The translations under genes were made by a program, and so were the position numbers. This document shows, piece by piece, positions 34,553 through 41,977 of a stretch of 41,977 bases of DNA. The notes under the pieces are model-generated. The model worked only from the letters and a program-made list of their open reading frames with translations. It ran no database searches and was not told where the DNA came from. How positions within the stretch are numbered: the stretch's first letter is position 1; the number at the start of each line of letters is the position of its first letter. Source of the stretch: a virus (lineage: Duplodnaviria; Caudoviricetes); the IMG/VR virus record IMGVR_UViG_3300027835_000481, positions 1-41,977 of that record; one strand, written 5' to 3'.

Positions 34553-34837
34553 ATGGGCCACGTACTGGACCGTGTCATGACCGATCTGCGCCGCTCTATG
34601 CAAGAGGACGACCAACGGCTGCGTGATTACGAGCTTGCCGAGCAGCAGGTGCTGCAGGACTTCGGTCAGGGACTGTTCGACGCCGACACCCTGCGCGATG
34701 CCTTTGATCGGATGGGTGCCGGCTGGTGGGCCGAGCTTCAGGAGTCGCTTCGCAAGAACGACAGCCTGCGGGCAGGCGAATTGGTACGCACAGCACTGAT
34801 CGAGCACTTGATCGAACTTGAGCTGGACTATCTATGA
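34553..34837 (+). CDS. Early hypothetical protein
   Basis: Closely coupled to neighbours; GGAG upstream. Confidence 0.7.
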   Translation: MGHVLDRVMTDLRRSMQEDDQRLRDYELAEQQVLQDFGQGLFDADTLRDAFDRMGAGWWAELQESLRKNDSLRAGELVRTALIEHLIELELDYL

Positions 34838-35013
34838 CGCTCGGCGAATTTCATCAACGGCATCGTGAAGCCTTCGAGCAGGCGCTCAAGCAAATCAATT
34901 GGGGCGACATCGCCATCCTGCTTGATCTTGAACGCCGCGAGCTTGCCATTCGCACGATTGAGGCAAGGCTAATGGCGGCGGCGAAGGCTGCGCAGCGGGC
35001 TGAACAAAAATAG
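34834..35013 (+). CDS. Early hypothetical protein, 59 aa (MTLGEFHQRHREAFEQALKQINW...)
   Basis: Read by hand; ATGA overlap with upstream gene. Confidence 0.65.
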   Translation: MTLGEFHQRHREAFEQALKQINWGDIAILLDLERRELAIRTIEARLMAAAKAAQRAEQK

Positions 35014-35052
35014 AACTCTCCTAACAATTAAAACAAGAAACAGGAGTCATCC

Positions 35053-36153
35053 ATGAGCTTATTCAAACCAGCGGAAAGTACCCAAGCCTATCTCAAGATG
35101 GGTGTGATGGGATTTGCGGGATCGGGCAAGACCTATACGGCGGCCATTACCGCCATTGGACTGGTCCGGCTATTGAAGCAACTGGGACTACCGCAGGGTG
35201 ACCGCCCTGCCTTCTTCCTCGATACCGAAACCGGCTCGGACTACGTGAAGCGTCACTTCGATGCCGCCGGCCTTGCGCTCCATACCGCGAAGACCCGGGC
35301 CTTCGCCGATCTGATCCCGGCGGTACGGGATGCGGAGAAAGACGGCTCGGTACTGATCATCGATTCAATCACGCACTTCTGGCGCGAGTTCACCGAGACC
35401 TACGCCCGCAAGAAGAACCGCACGCGCCTTGAGTTCTCGGACTGGAACTTCCTTAAAACCGAATGGGGACGGTTTACCGATGCGTACGTGAACAGCGCCA
35501 TCCATATCGTGCTCTGTGGGCGCGCCGGTTACGAGTATGACTTCTTCGAGGATCAGGACGGGAAGAAGCAGCTCGAAAAGACCGGCGTCAAGATGAAGGC
35601 CGAGGCCGAGATGGGTTACGAGCCCTCCCTGCTCGTCCTGATGGAACGGATCATGGATATGGAGACCAAGAAGGTCTACCGCGAAGCGCATGTGTTGAAG
35701 GAACGCTTCAGCCTGATCGATGGGCACAGCTTCCGTAATCCCACGTTCGAAAACTTCATGCCGCATATCGCCGAACTGAACCTGGGCGGCCAGCAGCTCG
35801 GCATCGATACCTCGCGCACGAGCGAGGGCATGATTCCCCATAGCGGGAAACCCGATTGGCAGTACGAGAAGGAACAGCGCGAGATCACGCTCGATGAAGT
35901 CGCCGAGCTGGTGCGCAAGCATCACGGTGGGCAATCGGAGGACGCCAAGCGTATTCGGGGGGATTTACTGGAGAAGCACTTCGGGACCCGGTCGTGGAAG
36001 CGGATGGAGACGCTGGACTATCAGGCGATCAAGGACGGTCGCGGCAAGCTGTGGGTGGAGCTGGAAGGGGTGCCGTATGGGTTCATGCCACCGGTGGAGG
36101 GAATCGATCCGCCACAGGGTGACATTCCAGCCACGTTGCCGCAGGCGGCTTGA
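35053..36153 (+). CDS. AAA-family ATPase, Sak4-like recombination protein
   Basis: GFAGSGKT Walker A, DTE.GS, LIIDSITH.W, GYE; AGGAG RBS. Confidence 0.85.
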   Translation: MSLFKPAESTQAYLKMGVMGFAGSGKTYTAAITAIGLVRLLKQLGLPQGDRPAFFLDTETGSDYVKRHFDAAGLALHTAKTRAFADLIPAVRDAEKDGSVLIIDSITHFWREFTETYARKKNRTRLEFSDWNFLKTEWGRFTDAYVNSAIHIVLCGRAGYEYDFFEDQDGKKQLEKTGVKMKAEAEMGYEPSLLVLMERIMDMETKKVYREAHVLKERFSLIDGHSFRNPTFENFMPHIAELNLGGQQLGIDTSRTSEGMIPHSGKPDWQYEKEQREITLDEVAELVRKHHGGQSEDAKRIRGDLLEKHFGTRSWKRMETLDYQAIKDGRGKLWVELEGVPYGFMPPVEGIDPPQGDIPATLPQAA

Positions 36154-36214
36154 CGTGGAACCGAACCAGCCAATGGATCAGTCACTACAACAACTAAAAA
36201 AGCGGTCCGATCCG

Positions 36215-36448
36215 ATGAACCTACTTTCGCTTGAGCGATTCAATCACCTCTGCTTCTCGAACAATCCGGTCAAGCTGACCAAGTTGCAACGCTGGTGCCG
36301 CAAGCGCGAACTGCCGGCGCGCAAGATCGGCGGCGAGTGGTATGTGGACTTGGATGCGTTCAACACCGAACAGCCCACCCAAAAACATCACGTCGCCGGG
36401 TACGCAGACCTGATTGTGAACAGGCTCAAGGCATCGCGACAAACGTGA
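36215..36448 (+). CDS. xis: Excisionase-like winged-HTH protein
   Basis: L.RWCR...LPARKIGGEWYVD directly upstream of integrase. Confidence 0.75.
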   Translation: MNLLSLERFNHLCFSNNPVKLTKLQRWCRKRELPARKIGGEWYVDLDAFNTEQPTQKHHVAGYADLIVNRLKASRQT

Positions 36449-36451
36449 CCC

Positions 36452-37630
36452 ATGGGGCGCCCGCGCAAAACCAATAAAGATCTGCCGCCGGGTCTCTACT
36501 GCTATGCCGGGCGCAACTGCTATATCCGCATGCGCGGAGAGTTGAAGCCCGTCGACCTGGGCACGCCGGATCGGCAGGAGGCGCTCACAATCTATTGGGA
36601 ATTCAGGCGTGCATGGGACACGGAACAGCTCGGCAAGAAAACCGAAGTCTTGGCGGAAAAGCTGGATGCGGCTGCCAAGAACCCCGCGCGCCGCACGGTG
36701 GCGGAATACACCACGGCGTGGCGCAAGGATCGCTTACCGACATTACTCAAACGCAACGGCAAACCCTTGAGCCCGAAGACGCGGGACGACTACAAGGGGA
36801 TGCTCGTCAATCAAGTCGAAACCTACGAACCGTTTACGTCGCTCGACATCGCCGCGATCCGCACGAAGCATGTGCGGCAGTTTCTGGCGCAATGGATGGA
36901 CAGCCCGAGCTTTTACAACTACATGAAGTCGCTGCTCTCGCGCGTGCTGCAGTTCGCGGTCGATGAGGGATTGCTGGATGCGAATCCGACCAGCGATGTG
37001 CAGCGCCGCCCCGTTTCCAAACGGGAGGTGTACTGCCCGATGGAGGATTACATGGCGATCACCAAGAAAATGGCCGAATGGGAGGCGCGTGCCTGCGACC
37101 TCGTTTACCTCACCTCGCACCGGCCCGGCGACGTGCTGCGCCTTCAGGACCGGGAGCCGTGGGTGCGGTACGCCACGCGCAAGAATCGCGAGGTGGTGGT
37201 CGTCAGTTTCAAGGCAAGCAAGAACGAACAGGCAGTCGAGATCATCGACGCCAAAGATCGCGAGGGCGGCATCCATACGGTGCTGGAGTGGTTCCGGCAG
37301 TGGAAGAAAAACCAGAACCTCGTCGGCCACCATATCGTGGTCTACCCCATTACCTCCCGGCGCAAGTCCATCGGCAAACCGATCTCGGTCGATTACCTCT
37401 CACGGCGCTTTGCCGAAGCTTCAGAGGCGGCCGGCTTCGGAAAAGGGAAGTACACCCTGCGGGACCTGCGTAAGAAGGGCCTGACGGACGAGGCGCGGCT
37501 TGCGGGTAAGGCGACTAACAAGGGCGGTCATAAGACCGAAGAGATGCGGGAATACTACGTGGTGGACGAGCTGCCGCAGCGGGCACGGAACAACTTAGCG
37601 GTGCTGCGCAGCGGGCAAGACGGCGGGTAG
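36452..37630 (+). CDS. int: Prophage tyrosine integrase
   Basis: MGRPRK..KDLPP.L arm domain; TSHRPGD, RDLRKK, GHK...M..YY catalytic boxes; adjacent to att. Confidence 0.9.
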   Translation: MGRPRKTNKDLPPGLYCYAGRNCYIRMRGELKPVDLGTPDRQEALTIYWEFRRAWDTEQLGKKTEVLAEKLDAAAKNPARRTVAEYTTAWRKDRLPTLLKRNGKPLSPKTRDDYKGMLVNQVETYEPFTSLDIAAIRTKHVRQFLAQWMDSPSFYNYMKSLLSRVLQFAVDEGLLDANPTSDVQRRPVSKREVYCPMEDYMAITKKMAEWEARACDLVYLTSHRPGDVLRLQDREPWVRYATRKNREVVVVSFKASKNEQAVEIIDAKDREGGIHTVLEWFRQWKKNQNLVGHHIVVYPITSRRKSIGKPISVDYLSRRFAEASEAAGFGKGKYTLRDLRKKGLTDEARLAGKATNKGGHKTEEMREYYVVDELPQRARNNLAVLRSGQDGG

Positions 37631-37682
37631 TATTCGCAAAATATTCGCAGAATATTCACAAAGATTCGTAAGTCATTGAAAG
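37631..37682 (+). repeat. Arm-type integrase binding repeats and IHF-like site of the prophage att
   Basis: TATTCGCAAAA, TATTCGCAGAA, TATTCACAAA, GATTCGTAA in tandem; TAAGTCATTGAAA resembles the IHF consensus. Confidence 0.65.
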
Positions 37683-37683
37683 A

Positions 37684-37728
37684 TGGAGCCCGCAGAGGGA
37701 TTTGAACCCCCGACCACCTGATTACAAA
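37684..37728 (-). repeat. att site: 3' half of tRNA-Thr(UGU) shared by prophage and small element
   Basis: Reverse complement TTTGTAATCAGGTGGTCGGGGGTTCAAATCCCTCTGCGGGCTCCA = anticodon loop, T-arm, acceptor 3' strand, CCA; 5' half absent. Confidence 0.9.
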
Positions 37729-37834
37729 CGCGGCATGTGAAAGACAGGTACTTCAACATCAAGCCCTTACGGCATCTGCCACCTGTCGTTCCAAGTCTCA
37801 GCGAGCGTAAAAATACGATGACACAATCTGAGCA

Positions 37835-37854
37835 CCGCACACTTTCCGGCACAG
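37835..37854 (+). repeat. 20-bp direct repeat CCGCACACTTTCCGGCACAG (arm-type site), left copy
   Basis: Identical to 41875-41894. Confidence 0.85.
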
Positions 37855-37864
37855 TGAAGTTCGA

Positions 37865-38140
37865 TTATTTGTCGTAATGGAACCGACACTGAGCGATGTA
37901 GATCACCCCTGCCTCGAAGCGATACACCAACCGGTGTTCTTTGGTAATGCGGCGCGACCAGAAACCGGCCAGAGCATGCTTCAAAGGTTCGGGCTTACCG
38001 AGCCCGCGGAAAGGACTGCGTTTAATGTCTTCGACAAGAGTTTCGATGCGTGTGGCAGTGGAAGGTTCGCGTCGGCGCCAGTAAGCCATATCCTCGCTGG
38101 CGCGCTTTGACCACCAAACCTCAACGCCGGCGACGCGCAA
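37865..38140 (-). CDS. yoeB: Txe/YoeB family toxin
   Basis: W...ED..YW, PF.G.GKPEPLKH.L.GFWSRRI..EHRLVY, CRFHY; TTG start. Confidence 0.95.
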   Translation of the reverse strand: MRVAGVEVWWSKRASEDMAYWRRREPSTATRIETLVEDIKRSPFRGLGKPEPLKHALAGFWSRRITKEHRLVYRFEAGVIYIAQCRFHYDK

Positions 38141-38363
38141 TCTCGGCCTCGATTTCCTTGGCCGCCGAACGTAGTCGCGCGGCGTTCTTTTTGCTGCCGA
38201 GCAAGTGCAGCGTTTCTTTCCAGGAATCGAATTCTTTGGCCGGAATAATCACCACGTTGCGCCCGTCTTCGCGAGTCACCGTGACCGCTTCTTCAGCATC
38301 AACGACCTCTTCAATGACCTTGTCCGGATTCTTGCGAAATCGGTTATATGAAATAGCGCCCAT
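38121..38363 (-). CDS. yefM: Phd/YefM family antitoxin
   Basis: ISY..FR.N...V...V......V.VTR......V......F.SW.ETL.LL.S..NA.RL; AGGAG RBS. Confidence 0.93.
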   Translation of the reverse strand: MGAISYNRFRKNPDKVIEEVVDAEEAVTVTREDGRNVVIIPAKEFDSWKETLHLLGSKKNAARLRSAAKEIEAEIARRRR

Positions 38364-38435
38364 ATTGGTCTCCTGTCAGACGTCAAGTATACACTGCGGA
38401 CACCCTGGTGCTTTCTTCAATGATCTCGAAGAAGA

Positions 38436-38463
38436 GAGTATAGGAAGTATAAAACCCCTTTTC
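38436..38463 (-). repeat. ISCR/IS91-type oriIS-like 28-bp repeat, copy 1
   Basis: GAGTATAGGAAGTATAAAACCCCTTTTC; reverse complement contains GGTTTTATACTTCCTATAC as in ISCR oriIS ends. Confidence 0.8.
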
Positions 38464-38478
38464 TTTGCTCAGCTTTCG

Positions 38479-39108
38479 CTATTTCTTCCCTATGTCGAGC
38501 AACTGCCCCTGTCCAAACGAAGGTTGCAGCCTAGCGCGCTGGATTTCATCTCTGCCCGTGCGTGCGTCGACTTCGGAGAAGTCTTGACGCGTTTCGACAT
38601 CGGCACTAACAGTGGTGCCAGCAAGTGTGCCCACAATTGCGTCCGAAAGGTGTTGCCCTTTCGATTTGATTCGCTCAAGTGAAGTGCGGAAACGATAGTA
38701 GTAGGTCTGGCCCGCCGACCATTTGACTTTTTGCTCGGGTGTAGAGAGCCACAACGTATCAGCCGGCCACTTTTGTTTTAGGGTGTATTCTCCTGCCGGA
38801 ATGCGGAACCAAGTGTAACCATTCTTCGACAAATCACCGATATTTACATTGTCGACATAAAAATATGCGTCCCTGGCGCCATGACCCCCTGTGTTCGTGC
38901 GATAGATGTATACAAGTGCATCCGTCGTACCGGGCGGCGGCGCATCCTCGAAAACTGGACCGGTTGCGGCACAGCCTCCGAGAAACAGGGTGAAGGCGAT
39001 AGCCCATGAACGCACATTTGATGCCACGGTGACGGACTTTGTCGTCACACCGCCCTTCTGGATATCTCTTATGATCTTGTTTGACACGATGACTCTCCCA
39101 AACTTCAT
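38479..39108 (-). CDS. DUF2846-like lipoprotein
   Basis: LFLGGC lipobox, CAATGP.F, ALVYIYR, GDL..NGY......GEY; true start may be downstream of 39108. Confidence 0.8.
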   Translation of the reverse strand: MKFGRVIVSNKIIRDIQKGGVTTKSVTVASNVRSWAIAFTLFLGGCAATGPVFEDAPPPGTTDALVYIYRTNTGGHGARDAYFYVDNVNIGDLSKNGYTWFRIPAGEYTLKQKWPADTLWLSTPEQKVKWSAGQTYYYRFRTSLERIKSKGQHLSDAIVGTLAGTTVSADVETRQDFSEVDARTGRDEIQRARLQPSFGQGQLLDIGKK

Positions 39109-39146
39109 ATTAATATTTCAGCTAAAGGGGTCGGAGTGGAGTTCCC

Positions 39147-39174
39147 GAGTATAGGAAGTATAAAACCCCTTTTC
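39147..39174 (-). repeat. ISCR/IS91-type oriIS-like 28-bp repeat, copy 2
   Basis: Identical to 38436-38463; about 230 bp downstream of the transposase remnant stop, the normal oriIS position. Confidence 0.85.
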
Positions 39175-39400
39175 CGAAAACTCACCCCTCGCCCACCCCC
39201 GCGCCTTTCCTTTATGTTGCCGCCGACGGCGGGTCCCGTCGGCACGTGCCGTCACCGAAACGATGCGCCGTCGCGGGCCGCACGCGGGTCGACGACACGG
39301 TCGCGGTGCACTTGTTCGTGGCCGAGGCGCGCTGAGCCCTGCCGGCGTCTTTGACTTTCCAGTCTGCGTTCACTTACACGGTGAGGTTTCCCACTTGCTT

Positions 39401-39565
39401 TTAGGCGGGCGGGGCACGCGCGAGGGGTCGCAGGCTCGGGTCCGCCGCGGTGGCTTTCTGGCTGAGGTGGGTCAGAATCTTCTGGATGACCGCGGGGTCA
39501 TCGATGCAAGCGATGATCTTAAGCCTGCCTTGGCAGTGGGGGCAGGTTTGGATGTCGATATTGAA
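39401..39565 (-). pseudogene. C-terminal remnant of IS91/ISCR-family transposase
   Basis: FNIDIQTCPHCQGRLKIIACIDDPAVIQKILTHL...ARAPP; HUH/Tyr catalytic part missing. Confidence 0.85.
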
Positions 39566-39639
39566 AGTGGGGGTGACAAATTGCAAGGCACGAACGTGCC
39601 ATGCCCAAAAATGCGCTTTTGATCCTACGTTTCGCTCAC

Positions 39640-40020
39640 CTACCTGCGATACACGATCCGCAGACGGTTGCATTCGATTAACTCGACGAGACGGGCATTG
39701 AGCTGCTGGATCGCCCGCTGCAGGGCTTCCATCGTCACCCGGTCAGGCGGGGCAAGGTTCAGTTTCCCATCCTGCGTCGCCTGGGTGATCTGGTTCAAGT
39801 TCCGACGGACCGCCAGGAGCTGGTACACAGCCTCCCCTAGCGGCCAAAGCTCCCGCTCAAACAAATAGCCGGGCTTCCCAATGATCTCCCGCACGGCGCG
39901 TCTCAGAAGATGCGCGCGCGACTCCTTGAGGCGCTTTGCTGCTGCCATAAAGGCCTCGTGTTCTGGACCTGACAGTCGAACACTCGTGACGATGCAATCG
40001 CGACGCAGTGGTGCAGTCAT
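39640..40020 (-). CDS. mobC: MobC-like relaxosome accessory protein (ribbon-helix-helix)
   Basis: SVRLS..EH......A......A.LLR; L..V.RNLNQI..A; GAGGAGG RBS before ATG 40020; adjacent to oriT. Confidence 0.8.
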   Translation of the reverse strand: MTAPLRRDCIVTSVRLSGPEHEAFMAAAKRLKESRAHLLRRAVREIIGKPGYLFERELWPLGEAVYQLLAVRRNLNQITQATQDGKLNLAPPDRVTMEALQRAIQQLNARLVELIECNRLRIVYRR

Positions 40021-40138
40021 GGATGCCCTCCTCGAATAGAAAACATTGGACAGCGGTAAGGGCGAAACGATGCGGCAAGGGATGGCAGACAGGGCGGCTC
40101 GGAAACGGGGCGTCCGAGCGAAGCCCGGAGGGGTGAGC

Positions 40139-40176
40139 GGCATTGTGTACTACACAATGCCTATCCTGCCATCCCT
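40139..40176 (+). other. oriT, MOBP/IncP-type nic site
   Basis: Perfect inverted repeat GGCATTGTGTA-C-TACACAATGCC followed by TATCCTG^C (nick expected at 40168/40169); second inverted repeat AGGGATGGCAG(40078)/CTGCCATCCCT(40166). Confidence 0.85.
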
Positions 40177-40359
40177 CTTTTCATTCTTACCTCGTCGCGA
40201 CCGACTTACGCCGATGACCTCGCTCGCTGGAAATAAAAAATGGAAGCACGTTTCCTTGGGTCAAGAGCGACGAAATATTTTGAGTAACATTTCGCAACCT
40301 TTTTATTTCTAGTGGTCGGAGGATTAGATATCTGACGCTCACCGTTTGGGGATACAACA

Positions 40360-40656
40360 ATGACTAGCCCCTGTGTTCGGTTCCTGTATTGCAACGCTTC
40401 CCTCTGCCCGCTCGATCACTGGACGCTGCGTCATCGCGTCAAGGACGAGTCTGTCTGTTTCTATCTGCGGGAGGTGGCGAAGCATGGCGGCACACTTCCG
40501 CCAACGGGTGACATACCGACAGAACTGACCGAGAAGGTCTCCCAAGCTTACCGACTGATTGTCTCCTCGGCCTGCTCCCGTTGGGGTGATGTGCGACGAC
40601 GATTTGTGCGTGCGGCGTTGTCGCCGTCGAAGCGTTTACGTGGGGCAGCCCAATGA
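40360..40656 (+). CDS. Cys-motif hypothetical protein upstream of xis
   Basis: C..F..CNA.LCPLD...C; GGGGA RBS; ATGA overlap with xis. Confidence 0.7.
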   Translation: MTSPCVRFLYCNASLCPLDHWTLRHRVKDESVCFYLREVAKHGGTLPPTGDIPTELTEKVSQAYRLIVSSACSRWGDVRRRFVRAALSPSKRLRGAAQ

Positions 40657-40979
40657 AAACGCTGACGCTCTTGGAAGCCTCCGCGTTCCTTCACATGCAC
40701 CCCATGACCGTCGCCCTGAAAGCTCGGCGTGGACTGATTCCCGGCGCCAAGCCAGGCAAGCACTGGGTGTTTCTCGAAGACGACTTGGTGATCTGGCTGC
40801 GTTCGCGGTACATTCCTCGTCGGCAGATGCCGGAGGGGAAGGAGCAACCCCAATGGCAATCTACAGACGTAACAACTCAAGGCAGTGGTGGGTCCGCCTC
40901 AGCATCAATGGACGAGAAGTACGCCGAACTACTGGGACTGCCGACAAGAGGCATGCCCAGGAATACGAGGCGAAGCTGA
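40653..40979 (+). CDS. xis: Excisionase-like HTH protein
   Basis: LTL.EA.AFL.MHP.TV...AR.G.IPGAK.GK.WVF...DL..WL; overlaps integrase start. Confidence 0.85.
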   Translation: MKTLTLLEASAFLHMHPMTVALKARRGLIPGAKPGKHWVFLEDDLVIWLRSRYIPRRQMPEGKEQPQWQSTDVTTQGSGGSASASMDEKYAELLGLPTRGMPRNTRRS

Positions 40980-41977
40980 GAACGGAACTGTGGCGTCGGT
41001 CCAGGATGGGCGAGCGGCCACGGTATCGCTGGGAACAAGCGGTGACACGGTGGTTGACTGAGCGGGCGCATCTGTCCTCAATCGAGGATTGCAAGATGCA
41101 CCTGAATTGGTTGCACGACCATCTCGCTGGCCGGTTCTTGGACGAGATTAGTCTTGATGTGGTGAACAAGGTGGCGCAGGCGCGTAAGGCCGAGAATGTA
41201 GCCAACGCAACGGTCAATCGCTCTCTTGCGGTAGTACGAGCCATCCTGCGGTGTGCGGTAAGGGAGTGGGGCTGGCTCGATGTAGCGCCGGTCGTGCGAT
41301 TGCTGCCGGAACTAAAACGGCGCATTCGCTGGCTGACGCGAGAACAGGCAATGAACGTATTAGCACAGTTGCCTGAACACCTCGCGGAAATGGTGCGCTT
41401 CAGCCTCGCTACCGGGCTCCGTAAAGACAACGTCGTCAGCTTGGAATGGTCGCAGGTGGACTTGAATCGCCGAGTGGCATGGTTTCACCACGACCAAACC
41501 AAGAACAAGAAGGCGTTGGCGATTCCTCTTAACGCGGAGGCGATTGCAGTGCTACGACGGCAAGAAGACAAACATCCAGCGCGCGTGTTCACGTACCAGC
41601 CGCCAGCGAAAGAGGGCGAAGACCCTCGCGATCCGCAGCCGGTCAAGGACGCCAACACGCAAGCATGGAAGAAGGCGCTCAAGCGGGCCGGCATCGAGAA
41701 CTTTCGCTGGCACGATCTGCGTCACACCTGGGCCTCATGGCATGTGCAGTCCGGCACACCGTTGCAGGTGTTGCAGGAGCTCGGCGGGTGGAACAGCTAT
41801 GAGATGGTCTTGCGGTACGCCCATCTCTCGGCGGGCCATCTTGCAAGCTACGCCGAAGCGATGTGCCGGCCGCTCCGCACACTTTCCGGCACAGCGAGCG
41901 CGGAAGCGGTTACGGAAGATCGTAAGTCTTTGTTAAAGATGGAGCCCGCAGAGGGTCTCGAACCCCCGACATCCTGA
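40853..41977 (+). CDS. int: Tyrosine integrase of the small element
   Basis: ATG 40853 with AGGAG RBS; TGLR, K, HDLRHTWASW, LGGW, RYAHL; stop codon lies inside the tRNA/att sequence. Confidence 0.95.
   Translation: MAIYRRNNSRQWWVRLSINGREVRRTTGTADKRHAQEYEAKLRTELWRRSRMGERPRYRWEQAVTRWLTERAHLSSIEDCKMHLNWLHDHLAGRFLDEISLDVVNKVAQARKAENVANATVNRSLAVVRAILRCAVREWGWLDVAPVVRLLPELKRRIRWLTREQAMNVLAQLPEHLAEMVRFSLATGLRKDNVVSLEWSQVDLNRRVAWFHHDQTKNKKALAIPLNAEAIAVLRRQEDKHPARVFTYQPPAKEGEDPRDPQPVKDANTQAWKKALKRAGIENFRWHDLRHTWASWHVQSGTPLQVLQELGGWNSYEMVLRYAHLSAGHLASYAEAMCRPLRTLSGTASAEAVTEDRKSLLKMEPAEGLEPPTS
41875..41894 (+). repeat. 20-bp direct repeat (arm-type site), right copy, inside int coding sequence
   Basis: Identical to 37835-37854. 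Confidence 0.85.
41940..41977 (-). tRNA. 3' part of tRNA-Thr, probably the intact gene continuing beyond the window (att)
   Basis: Reverse complement TCAGGATGTCGGGGGTTCGAGACCCTCTGCGGGCTCCA; anticodon is outside the window, identity inferred from the 37684 copy. Confidence 0.75.

Larger units (their letters stand above)
300..37728. mobile_element. Temperate prophage (HK97-like head, Mu-like contractile tail, lambdoid control region) integrated at tRNA-Thr; left boundary not seen in window
   Basis: Contiguous lysis, tail, head, late control, replication, immunity, xis and int genes ending at a tRNA 3' fragment (37684-37728). Confidence 0.95.
37729..41977. mobile_element. Small (about 4.2 kb) integrative, probably mobilizable element in tandem with the prophage
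   Basis: Bounded by two tRNA-Thr 3' copies; own int/xis; identical 20-bp arm-type repeat near both ends; oriT and mobC. Confidence 0.88.

Noticed and set aside
37631-37670. Short tandem repeats as a CRISPR or mini-array
   Set aside because: Units are about 11 bp without spacers; position next to att fits integrase arm sites. No CRISPR array or cas gene seen in the window
37684-37728. Functional tRNA gene
   Set aside because: 5' anticodon stem, D-arm and 5' acceptor strand are absent
39401-39673. Intact 90-aa gene or mini-relaxase
   Set aside because: Only the last ~54 aa resemble a transposase tail; no HUH motif or catalytic Tyr region
40559-40852. 98-aa N-terminal extension of the second integrase
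   Set aside because: Overlaps two better-supported genes; ATG 40853 has a clear RBS and a typical integrase N-terminus

Overview
Almost the whole window (about 300-37728) is a temperate prophage. It has an HK97-like head/packaging module (HNH, TerS, TerL, portal, ClpP-type protease, major capsid) and a Mu-like contractile tail. It also has a lambdoid immunity switch (CI-like repressor, five 15-bp operators), a replication initiator plus DnaB, two DNA methyltransferases, NinG, Q-like antiterminators, Xis and a tyrosine integrase ending at a tRNA-Thr(UGU) 3' fragment. Its left att site is not visible. A second, about 4.2-kb element (37729-41977) is integrated in tandem at the same tRNA. It carries its own integrase and Xis, a MOBP/IncP-type oriT plus MobC but no relaxase, an IS91/ISCR transposase remnant, two identical oriIS-like 28-mers flanking a lipoprotein gene, and a YefM/YoeB toxin-antitoxin pair. 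Five observations deserve the closest look: (1) a duplicated late promoter/terminator unit bracketing an inverted membrane-protein/proline-rich-peptide cassette; (2) a three-hairpin antisense sRNA candidate between the sheath and tube genes; (3) the relaxase-less element with oriT and oriIS sites; (4) a nested out-of-frame gene inside the cytosine methyltransferase; (5) a hairpin-rich leader where cro would be expected. All family calls come from motif recognition by eye; no searches were run.
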